From NCBI GenBank assembly GCA_009602725.1, contig WELB01000003.1:537457-585561 (forward strand): a DNA stretch of 48,105 bases. The letters run 5' to 3'. This DNA comes from Spirogloea muscicola (lineage: Eukaryota). Position 1 is the stretch's first letter. Each line of letters opens with the position of its first letter. The position numbers and the translations under genes were made by a program. Positions 10,556 to 29,707 of the stretch are shown here, one piece after another. The notes under the pieces were generated by a model. The model made no database searches, was not told where the DNA came from, and worked only from the letters and a program-made list of their open reading frames with translations.

Positions 10556-12382
10556 TTATACAAGTTTGGAGGTAGACATCTGCCTCCGAATCACCACTGG
10601 AAGGAAAGATAGCCCTGCAATCAATACAACAGTCAGGATTGTTTGTGCATCGTACAAATCTCTGATTGAGTTGAGTCGTGAAAGAATCCTGCCGGCCTTT
10701 ATCTGCACCCAGTTCCCAGGTATGGAGCCCAACAGGGTAGCGAGAAAGAATGGTCTGCACAACAAGGACATGAGAACTTACACGCCAAGTACTTGATGAA
10801 TACGCAAGAAACGCGGGAGTTACAAAGCAAGGTCATAACACAGGATGACATGATGTTTGCAAGTAGCTGGTTAGAGCAATCAGATTGGCAAGACCTAGCA
10901 AGATGCGGACAGGCATTTTTGCAAGACCAGCCTACTCAGCGGCAGTGCTGCAGGGCATAGCAGCTATTCTTAGCGGAGCAGGAGCGCAATCAGGGATACG
11001 AAGGGGACCTGAAGGGTACGGAGATGAGGGGAGAGCCGACGTTGACAAACCAGTTGGGCAAGACCTGCGTGATGCGCAGCACGAGCATGTAGTTGACAAG
11101 GCTGTGGCGGTGCTTGTGCACCTCACGGCTGAGCGCCTCGCACTTGGCAGGAAAATAGTGGTACACAATCTCGCGGAGAACCAGGCTGGACAAGCAGTAG
11201 CACAGGGACGAACCCAGCACCACGAGGACCTGCAAGTCATGCCAGGGCCATGGAACTTCTTGTGAGCCGGCAAGTAAGGAAACACTGCGGTCAGCTCAGC
11301 CGCGACAAGCTTGCCACAGCGCCTGCGAAGATAGATGCTCTGTCAGCCTGGCCAATAATAGGTTAGAGAGCAGCGAAGCTTGCCGTTATGAGTGCGAGGG
11401 CCTTGTAGAAGTCGAAGAGGGAGCCGGCGAGGAGGTTGAGGAAGAGGCAGCCCGGCACAACGAATGTCTGGAGGAAGAGGTAGAGGCAGGAGAAGCCGAC
11501 CACGACCTGGCACGGCCATGCCGAACCCGCGCACCCAGTTGAGTTACACAAAGCTTTGGCTCGTATAAGTAACTACACTCGCCAACTGGCAATCTGGTTG
11601 ATCTAGGTGCCGAGTGCCCAGAAGGGGCTCTTGCTGCCAAGCGCTGCGCTGTTGCCACATGACAAGCTTTTGGGTTTGGGATTTGGGTTGAGCTTAGCTT
11701 ATGATTTAGGGTTAGGGCCCGCCCACAGCAGGCGCTGCTCCTCTGCTGCTGGCGCACCTGTGTTTCATACTGGTCGCCGTAGAGGTCCAGCGTCGAGCGC
11801 ACGGCCCGGAGCTCCGCCAGGTTGCGCGGCACCCGCAACAGCAGGGGCTCGGCGGGCGTCACCGCCGTCGCCGCCGCAAGCCCGCTGGCGGCGGCGCCAT
11901 CACTGGCGAGCGCGCTCTGCAGGGTGTTGACCTGCCACAGGCAGTGCGTCGCAAGCAAGTGGGCACCGCTGGCAGGGCAATCAGTGGCTCTCTGAGACGG
12001 TCCCGTGGCAAAGAAGAAGTAACATGACGGCAAGATGGGGCCAGTCCATGGCGGCGGGCGGGGGTACCTTAGGCAGGCTGGCGGCGATGGCGAGGAGCCC
12101 AGTAAGGGAGCCGAGGAAGGAGGCGGCGAGGAGCAGCAGCTTGCGGGCCCACTGCCGCCGGTCGGGCTTGAGGTCGGCCAGCCCGCTCAGGGTGACGGGC
12201 TCGGCGCCGCCGCGGCCGAGCAGGCAGCTGCTGACGCAGCCGGCAGTGGCGGCGGCGGCGGCGGCGGGGGCGGCGGNCGCGCCCGCACAGCTCTTGAGCA
12301 CGTTCACAGCGCGGAAGGCGGCGGGCGCGGGCTCACTGCCGTCGTGCCGGCGGTCGACGAGGACGGCCGGCTCGTCCAGCAT
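10556..12382 (-). CDS. VTT/DedA (SNARE-associated Golgi protein) family membrane protein, TMEM41-like; ~5 exons
   Basis: Spliced VPRNLAELRAVRSTLDLY...YLFLQTFVVPGCLFLNLLAGSLF...LGSSLCYCLS...LVNYMLVLRITQVLPNWFVNVGSPLISVPFRPFFLATLLGSIPGNWVQIKAGRILSRLNS. These are TMEM41-type motifs. There is an N at 12277 in exon 1. Confidence 0.9.
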
Positions 12383-12810
12383 CGCGGCCGCTGCGCAGCG
12401 GTCGCTACATGGGCCGGCAGCGCGCGAGCTCAGCTCCACATGCAGGCCGCGACGCAACGGGCGGCGGCGGCGGCGGCGGCGGTGCCAAACGGTGGCGTGA
12501 TGGAGGACGTTCTGTTCGTTCCGTCACGTTCGCACCCGCCCGCCAGTTTCAGTTCAAAACCTGGAGCGTCTCGCCTGCCCGCCGCCGCCGCCCGGCACGC
12601 CGCTGCCGAGCTCTGTGGGCGGCCGGTGCTCAGCGAGGCTCCGCCTCGGGTGAGGGCGCGCGGCCGAGGGGCCTGGCAGTGGCGCCTCCAGGCGCTGGCG
12701 GAGAAGAGGAGGCGCCAGCTGGGCGGCAGCCGCAGCACAGCGCCCCTCAGCCTCGGCGCTGCACTCGGCCGCCGGGTTCAGTCTGCGCAGCTGGATCCAA
12801 GGCTGCAACG

Positions 12811-21251
<8,441 letters not shown>

Positions 21252-21618
21252 TAGCTTTTCTGTCCCCTGTTTTGCTTACTCTCAAAAACCTGGCCACCAC
21301 TGTGCATCTCACGGTCAATAGCCTGGGCCATAACCGCGTCGTGAGCATGTAAAACCTCGGTACGAATAGCGCTACGCTCCACCGGTGGGAGCCGGGCATG
21401 GCGCATAGGTGACATGGACTTAGGTGGCAAGGCAAGCGTGCTTTAACCAATGGTTGGGTGTTCATTAGACTGCTAGCTGGATACTTGCACTTTCACTTAT
21501 GTAGTATTACTTGCTCCAATGTAAATCACGCTGTCAGAACTGCAAAGGAAGCCTCTATAGCTACATTACCTTGCCATATCAACAACATAAAATGTTTACT
21601 TTGTGTATCTTGTTAGCA

Positions 21619-24600
21619 CTACTCCACATTTGCAGCTTGCTCCCGCAGTTGTTCTATTGCCTGCTTCATTCTGAGGCCCAGTTGAGTCAAAGCCATGTCG
21701 GCAGCCTGCACAAGTAGCTTGTCGTGCTTAAGAAGCTGTTCATTTACATGCCAAGTTCGAAGGCAGGGCAGGCGAGGTTGCATCTGCAAGGAGGATGCTC
21801 AAGCAAGAGCTAAGAACATGAAGCATTCAGATCCAGGTTCAGAATTTGACATATTGACTACTGAATCAGAGCCATCTGCCATTTGCATCTTGCCTTGGAG
21901 CAAAGCGTGTTGGCCTCTCTGTGAAGCTCCTGTGTCAAGAACTCCAGTGACCTCCCTACACGTACCACTTCCTGGAGGGGCCTGGCACACGACCAGCGAG
22001 GCTCTTAGAGCTCCAGTGCAATGCTCACATCCTGCCTGTAGCAGTGCCTCAGGCAAGCTGCCTACCTGGACTTGCTCGGGCTGATCAGGAGCTCCTCTGC
22101 TGACTTCACGTGTATCCGCAACCTGTCCAACTGACACACAAGAAAGTGCAAACAATCTTGTGCAATTACAAGTGGAAGCACATATTTCTGTAGGTCAGAA
22201 GAGGCCAGTGGCCATTGGGCTGCCTAGATGGTCTATCTACACACAATGTTATGCAAGGTGGTAACATTTTGGATGTTGCTCTTGAGGACAGACTGTCTTG
22301 AGGACAGACTATCTTGAGGACAGACTGATGCAATTGTCCACTCATCACCTTCCCACATGGGAGTGGAAGCAGCCAGAGTACTCTAACCCCTTAGAACTCA
22401 CCTCTTCTCGAACATCCATGCGCGTAGCCAAGTACGCAGCCTCCTGCTCAAGCCTGCCACGGTCCAGCTCCAAGCCAGTCTCCAGGAGTTCCTCAACCTG
22501 CTCATCACAGACTGGCCGCTGAGCAAGCGAGGCTATGGCACTGGTAAAAGATATCATTGACAAACGCACCTGACTCCCAGTAACAAGGCAGTGCTTAGTA
22601 CTTTCCCTGTGCAGAGTACGTTCCTTATGTAGAGGTTTCTTTGCTCACCTGTGACCTAAGCTTCTCTTTCATGGCCTTGGGCTGCGCTTCAGCAAGCCGT
22701 GCGGCCTGTTCCACCAGCACGGCGATCTCGGTCAGGTGGGAGCGCAGGACGCTTGCCAGTCTCGTACCCTCGCCCCGGCGGCTCAAGGCCAGCTGCTCCA
22801 GAGCGGCCGCCATGCTGTCATAACCAATGCCCAAGGGCCATGATGAACTTTGCAGTGGAAATTGACTGCAGAAGCGTCTGCACTCATTATGACCCCTTGA
22901 ATTGTGTTCTGCACTGCTACTGGTGTTTATATTATGCTCGTATCACATGCCATGCCAGTCCTACACTGACTTGCCTAGAATCACACGCTGTCCTTGCTCG
23001 CGCCTTACGATTGGTAGATTTGCCCCTAGCAGCCCAGTCCACCAACGTGAATACCTTGCAGAGATAGCCTCCAGCTGTTGAACGTCCTCACCATCCTGAC
23101 TATCAGAGCTTCTGCAGTCCACCCGCTCTAAGATGCCCTGTCAGTCAGAACCTGCCGGTCAGGACAGATGCTCCCTATCAATCTCAATGGATGCCCTCTT
23201 TCTGTTGATGGGAGCAGAAAGGCCAGGAACTGGCTAGGAGACCTGCTCCAGACAGCTCAGCATGCAGGACAACCCAGAATACATGTTGATGCTGTGACTT
23301 ACAGGCAGTCTCAAGATGCTGTCAAGTGTCAGAATTGGGGAAAATTGCAGCTGAGGCAACTTCACATCCAAGGCTTCCGCTGCCTCAAGGACCTGCCCAC
23401 CATGATAGGAGCTGCTGAGAGGCCCTGATGTTGGCCTTGAAGCTGCAATTTTGATATTTTACAAGAGGCAGCAGCCTGGTACTGGTACTGAAGTCTCTAC
23501 CCATACCCTCACTATGCAGATCCATGAGTGGTGGAGCAGACGACCTGTTTGGTATGTCGGATTGCTCAGGTGAAGGGCCTGACACCACTGCAGAAATTCA
23601 GGCTATTCTCATGTGCCCTGACACAGGTGGAGCAAGGAATAGCATCAGAACCTGTCTGACGGCAGCCTCATTGATGACGATTTTGGTTGCCTTCTCCGCA
23701 ACTTCTTCTGACTGCTACACGTAAGACGCACCATTGAGAAAATTTCTTAGCTCTGCCCCTTCCACCAGAATTGGGTCCTACGGAAGCGTGTCTCCACTGA
23801 AGAGGTATGGCACTTGTGGCAGAGCTGTGGCACCTGCAAGGTGAGGGTGGTGTTAATCGTCCCGCGAGCAAAGCGCTGCTGTGCAGAAGTTGCAAGCGCC
23901 TGCTGGAGGCCCGAAAACCTGTCGGGCAGCCGGCACTTGACGTCCAGAGTACGCCCATTGACGCTCCTCATCTGCATGACCAGCCGAGACTCATCTGCCT
24001 CACATCTTGCTAACAAAGAAGGATGCATCATCAATGACTACAGTAGACAACTTGCAATCAATGCTGAAATATCTTGAGCATAATCAGCGGCTAGAATCTC
24101 CTACCAATCCAATTTCACCATAAGAAAGTAAAGGTCAACGCAGGCACAATAGAACAGCACCTCCCAGCACCATGTCAGCCCGTCCACACGGCCCTCGGAG
24201 GTAGCAAACCCCGTCATGCCCGAGATACCCACATCGCCCAGCAGTGCTGCCGCTTGTCCCAAGTTGTCACCGTCCACTGGCCCAATGCCAGATGTGACAG
24301 CAACGGGGTTGACAGGCGGCAGTCTTTCGACACTCTGGTCGCACCCAACGACCACTGCCCACGGGCGGATCCACCACTTGGTCACTAGACCATTCAGCAC
24401 ATATGGATCCCTTGCTGCAAACTGCTCCGCATCTGCATCCAATCTTCAGCTTAGGCATCTATGTGCCAATGCATGTGCATAATTACTGCTCTCACATGGA
24501 GGAGCTGCACTGAGCAGTACCAGCAGCAAGAGCACAATCTGAAATATTATTCTTACCGATAATGTGCCCAACATGGAAGACGAGGACGGCACTGTCAACT

Positions 24601-25701
24601 GGATCATGCAGTGGGCCACCTAGCAGGAGGTCGCCGCGCACAACATGCTCCTGGCAGAGTGCCAAGTGCGCTGCACGGTGTGGCGCCCGCCTTTCCACAA
24701 CGTTCTTGACGTACTCTGCGTGGTACAGCAGCCGCATACAAGTCAGGCTGGCCCTGGACTTCACCAGCTCCATACTGCGCCGTCAAGAGTTGAGCATGCC
24801 TCTAATTGTGAGTCATTGATTTCATCAGCTGCTGGAGATTACATCTGTGAGAAGAAGCCGACCAAGGATCAGGAGTCTACACTGTCATTGGCTCAGACTT
24901 GCTAGTACTTACATTGCTGATTCCTGCAGAAAGCTAGATGCAAGAAGTGGTGGCCAATTGCTTTTAGTTCCTCAGCTGCCAAGCCTTGAACAATCTGCAA
25001 TCCTCTCGCTATCGACAGGCAGTTTGTGCTTCGCTGCTGACTACACAAAGCACGACAGCTGTGACATCGTTGTCGTGGAGAACCATGTGCAGAGAAGGTG
25101 CTGTATGTGCTGAATTGAGCCCTCGCTGTGGCTGAGATGCTAAGCCAGCAGACTGCGACCTGGCATTTTGATGGGCATGGAACGAGGGCAGGAGTCCCAG
25201 CCTCGGAACGTTTCTTGGACCAATTCTAACGCTTTTCTGGACCATTCGAGCTTTGTCCATTGTTCTCTGGGCTGGCCACAATCGCACCCCGTCGCCCTCT
25301 ACTGGAAGAGTCTTTCTTGTTATTCTCGGAACGTGAGCTTGGGCAGGAGGGAGAACCCAAGACGGGAGGGAGGGTGCGGTGCAGAAGCTGGGGGATTTAG
25401 TAAGTAATTAAGGTTCATGGTTATGGAGGTCCAGGTCAATACCGCGACTTAGGGCTAAGAGGGTGCAACGTGTAGAATTCGAGGTCTAGGGTTCGATTCA
25501 GGATGCGTCACCGTAGAAGAGCACGAAGTGTCGCCTGGCCCGCTCCCCACCGGCCGCGGCCGCGGTGGCAGAGGCCGCCCGTGCCGGCGCCCATCTCGCG
25601 GCGACGGCTCCGGTGCCGCTGTGGCCGCGGCCATAGCGGCAGTCGGCGTCCGCCAGCAGGCGCCGCGGCGGCGGCAGGCGGCGGGCGGCGGCGGCCAGCA
25701 T
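21619..25701 (-). CDS. yicC: YCII-domain / YicC(YloC)-family endoribonuclease fusion protein with putative organellar (mitochondrial-like) presequence
   Basis: Exon 25701-25512: MLAAAARRLPPPRRLL...RHFVLFY. Exon 24715-24557: EYVKNVVERRAPHRAAHL...LLLGGPLHDPVDSAVLVF. Exon 24432-24161: AEQFAARDPYVLNGLVTKWWIRPWAVVVG-linker-ISGMTGFATSEG..TWCWE. Exon 23971-23834: MRSVNGRTLDVKCRLP..FARGTI. Exon 22814-22649: ALEQLALSRRGEG. Exon 22497-22402: RLEQEAAYLATRMDVREE. Exon 22130-22066: LDRLRIHV. Exon 21981-21894: VGRSLEFLTQELHREANTLCSK. Exon 21705-21619: IEQLREQAANVE*. Some middle exons (23.0-23.7 kb) are not fully resolved. Confidence 0.88.
22280..22327. repeat. 16-bp tandem repeat x3 (TCTTGAGGACAGACTR) in an intron of the YCII-YicC gene
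   Basis: Read directly. Confidence 0.9.
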
Positions 25702-25784
25702 CGCTTGCGCTGCTTCACGCCGCCATGGCGNTCGTCCTGGCGCTGAAGCCGAGCGGCGCTCACCATTTTGATGTGTTCGCATAG

Positions 25785-26971
25785 GTCACGGACACAGGTG
25801 CCGGCATCTCGCCAGCAGACGCGCCACGCCTCTTCCGCAAGTTTGCAGCCGCCGACCCCGTTGCCGGCCGCGGTGCTGGCGGTGCCGGCCTCGGCCTTGC
25901 CATCTGCAAGCGGTTTGGCAATGGCCGCCCTTAAACCACTTTCTGCTGCTCCATCTCACTTCCTCTGCCATTCCTCGTCTCCCTTCAAAACCCCCGTGCA
26001 TACCTCACCTTCTACATCCCTCTCTCTCATCTGCAGATTCGTGAACCTGATGGGCGGCCACTTGTGGGTGGAGAGTGAGGGTGCTGGTCGCGGCACGACC
26101 GTCACATTCACGGCGCGGCTTGGGCCGCCCCTTCCGGAAATGGAGGAGGCGCGACCGAGCCCAGGGCGCGCTGGCACTGGTGCTGCTGCCAACGGCGAAC
26201 TCCTGGTGCCCGCCAGGCGCTGTGACTTCTCAGGGGTCAGGGTTTTGGTCACAGACGACAACAGGTGCCCCTTCCTCCCATCCCCTGCTGCCCACCTCCC
26301 TCCTCTCTCCCTCCTTCCTTGGGGCCATGCCCTCACCTCCCTCCTTTCTGGCACCCTCCTCATGTTGCAAGATGACCAGACATTGCCCCATGGCAATGCA
26401 TTTTCCTGCAGCGTCAACCGAATGGTCACGCGGGGCCTCCTGACGCGACTTGGATGCGACGTCACTGTCGTGAGCTCCGGCCGTGAGTGCCTGTCTGCCA
26501 TGCTGCCCGGCCACGGCTTCACGGTATGCTGCCATAACCCATATCCAGAACAATAGGCCTTCAGGCAATGAGCGATCCTCTCGTATACCACATCCCTCAT
26601 CTGATTCCCCTCTTCTTTTAGCACAAGACTGTGGCGCCTTCCTTGCTGCTCTACACAACTTACAGCTGCCCAGGATGCCGAACGGTGCGCAGGTGCTGCT
26701 GCTGGACCTGATCATGCCAGAGATGGACGGATACGAGGTCGCGCGCCGCATTGCTGAGAAGAACATTGCCGGTCCAGAGCGGCCCTTCATTGTCGCACTT
26801 ACAGCCAACACTGACGCTGACACACGCGAACGCTGCCTGCAGCTCGGCATGGATGGCGTTGTCACCAAGCCCATCTCGCTTGAGAAGATGAGCACCGTGC
26901 TCTCGGAGCTCCTCAAGAGCGGCTCCATTGCCAGCGGCGGCGGCGGCAATGGCACCCCTGTGCTTCTCTAG
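25785..26971 (+). CDS. ETR1: ETR1-type ethylene receptor, C-terminal part only (HATPase G1/F/G2 boxes + receiver); exons 25785-25912, 26037-26264, 26412-26523, 26693-26971; 5' part absent
   Basis: [20 protein letters not shown]...[30 protein letters not shown]...[36 protein letters not shown]...[14 protein letters not shown]...[12 protein letters not shown]...[19 protein letters not shown]. This is colinear with the ETR1 C-terminus. The TM, GAF and HisKA domains are not in view beyond the N at 25731. Confidence 0.8.
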
Positions 26972-27345
26972 AACCATCAATGCAGACCACCAACTTAACC
27001 CCCCTCCTACCTCCCACCCACACATTACCTGTGCAGGGCTCACAGGCGGAAGTCAAAGATGTAAGTCCAGCATCATCGTTCTCTTATCCTCTTGTTACTT
27101 GCCTTTCCCATCCAGGCGGAGTGTCTAACGCATTAGCTAAGCGCCTGACTAAACTGAAGAGAACATACCAAGCACGAACTTTGCCTTGCAGTGCCCACCC
27201 TTGCCTCCGCCTGCTGCGATTATGGGCACAGAATATCCTGCTACTTAGGCTTAGGTACAAAGATCGCACAAAGGCACTGCAATGCTGCTTCCTTGTACCT
27301 GGCTGTCAGGACAGCGTCCTCAGCGGAGGCTCTCAGCAGATGATT

Positions 27346-29457
27346 TCAGACAATGACCTCGTCTGCATATTGCGGGCTGCCACAGCCATCGGAGAGCTCG
27401 TCGCGCAGCGTCCACGTGTCTGTGGCTGCGTCAAAGTCCTGCGCAAATGCAGCGTGATCTTGAGATGGAGGTAGAGAGTGAAAGGAGGGAAGGAGGTGGG
27501 GCAGCGGGCACAGTCTACTGACCGTGGTGAGAACACGGAGGTCTCGGAGGGACGCGAACGCGGCACTCTCCAGGGGGTCAGTGTGCCATGCGTGCCCACC
27601 GTCCTCCGAGTACAGTGGCTCCAGCTCAACCAGCAGCAGGTTCTGGAGGAATGAGTGGCATGCCTAGGAGCGTCAGAGGCAACCAGAGCACGACCAATCT
27701 GGCCTCCCTCCCTCTTCCCACCTTCCTCTCCATCCGCCCTCCCTCCTTCCGTCCTCCGTCCCTCAAAGCCCCTCCAAGGCTTGCTGCCAGCAGCCGCGTG
27801 GTCTTGGAGCTCACCTCCGGCGACAGCTTGTCACGGTCGCCCCGATCTGCCGGCCCCCGCATGGCACATCAAGCCGGCAAGGAGGTGCCACGCTGCAGTG
27901 CCATCAGCTCGTCTGGCCCAGCTGAGAAGTCATGGCTCGCCGACATGTGGCCACTGCTGGAGCAGCCCGCCAATCGGCTCAGGCAGGGTGTGTGGCTCAC
28001 CAATATTTCGGCCAACGATGAAGCCGACGCCTGTAATTATGGCAACCCAGGGCGCTTGCCATGTCAGCACATTAGCTGGTGACCAAACAGCAATAAGGTG
28101 GCAGGTCACGAGGACATCAATCTGTTAAGATTTCAATCGAGTAACTAGAGTGATTGGAGGTCAAGATAGTATAATGAGCGAATTTAGGATTGACAGTTGA
28201 GGCCTTGGGCGGCCGCACCTTTAGAGCGACCGTCACCAAGGCGGGCCTGGGCTGCCGCCGAGAGAGGGTACTCTACAACGTCGCCAGTGTTGGCGAAGCC
28301 GTCTGGGTCACCGTTGTCAGAGCCACCGCCGCTGGCACTCACCGCTGCCGAGCGTGCGTCACCCTTCCGTGACCTGCGCCGCGATCTTTCATTGAGCCTG
28401 GCGCAGCCGCAAACATGGCTGCCAACAACGAGGCACCTATCTTGTCACAGCGGTCCCAAGCCTCCTCCCAGGCAGCCCGCCCGCCGCTGTCGGCGTGTGC
28501 GCCCACCCTGCCAGCCAGGCCCGCCTCGCCGTACTTGTCGTATATGTGCCGCCGCTCGTCATCAATCAGCACCTGCAAGCAGCCAATGGTAAGGACGGGC
28601 AGCGAGCACTGCTCATGCTGTTTCTCCCTTCTCGTACCTCCCTCCTTCACCATCTCCCTCCCCCCACAGAAGCTGGCTATCTTATGCTCAGCTCCTCACC
28701 CTAACCCCTAAACCCAAAAACATTAACCCTTAATACTCTGTAATGGAAAGCTCTACTGCTAAGATCTCGGCCTTCAGCATCTGTGCCTCCCAGTGTTCCA
28801 ACTGGTGCCCTCACTGCATTGGCTCACATGTGTCTGCTTCCTCAGGGCCTCACCTCGTAGGCCGTGCTGAGATCCACGAACTTGCCCTCCGCCTCCGGCG
28901 CCGCATTGACGTCCGGGTGGTACTGCAGCGCCAGCCGCCTGTGCACGCGCTCGCGCAGCCGGCGGCTCGTTGGCCTCAAACCATAAACCTAGACCTACCC
29001 CTTAACCCTAAACCCCTGAACCCTCAACCACTATACCCTAAGCCCTGCACCCAAAGCCGGGGAATGTTTAAGGCAGTTGTGAGATACAATTTCCAGCAAA
29101 TATTATTTTGGTTGTTGGGAGTCAGGTTTTGTGCCAGCGCCCGAGACCCAGGACAGCGCCGCGAGCAAGGGAGCCGCCCCACCTGTATGCCCGCTTGAGC
29201 TCCGCGCGGTCTGCGGGAGAGAGGAGCAGGACGGCGGCGGCGGGGGCGGCGTCAGGGAGAGAAGGAATGTGGCGTGACAGCAGCGAGGAGATGGGTCGGC
29301 GCACTCAACCCTAACCCCTAAACCCAACCCTAAATGGCGAAGCGATCCGGCGTAAGGCGGCCGCCGAGTGCCGGCAATGGGGCTGGGAATGGGGAAGGGG
29401 CCCTCGCCTGCAGTCCTCGCCACTTCCAGAAGCGCGTAGAAGTCGCCGACGCCGCCT

Positions 29458-29492
<35 letters not shown>

Positions 29493-29521
29493 GCCGCCGC
29501 CGCTGCCGCCGCCGCCGCCAT
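27346..29521 (-). CDS. DnaJ/J-domain protein with a conserved-looking C-terminal domain of unknown function; start uncertain
   Basis: Spliced [62 protein letters not shown] (HPD motif), then [64 protein letters not shown]. Confidence 0.85.
28699..29333. repeat. Clusters of degenerate telomere-like (CCCTAAA/CCCTAA) repeats in introns of the DnaJ gene
   Basis: CCCTAACCCCTAAACCC (~28699), AAACC..CCCCTTAACCCTAAACCCCTGAACCCT..ACCCTAAGCCCT (~28978-29046), AACCCTAACCCCTAAACCCAACCCTAAA (~29307-29333). Confidence 0.8.
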
Positions 29522-29707
29522 TGTCGTTTGTGGGCCGGCTCGTGGAAGCGTGGAGTGTGTATTGAACGATGGAGGGCCTGAGTGGCCAAGTACAAAGGGC
29601 AAGCACGCTGCCAGCTGTATGTACATCCCCTGCTGCTAAGCTGGCCCGCTCAGTGACCACGAGCAAGCCCATATAGGTCGCTAACTGATGCCCGGGGCCC
29701 TGCACAG

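Noticed and set aside
12277..12277. N in TMEM41 exon 1 as a frameshift or pseudogene sign
   Set aside because: The frame stays open across it. It is more likely an ambiguous base or small gap in a GGC tract.
28190..28372. Plus-strand ORF with an S1-domain-like look (GEAVWVTVV)
   Set aside because: It is antisense to a well-phased exon of the DnaJ gene.
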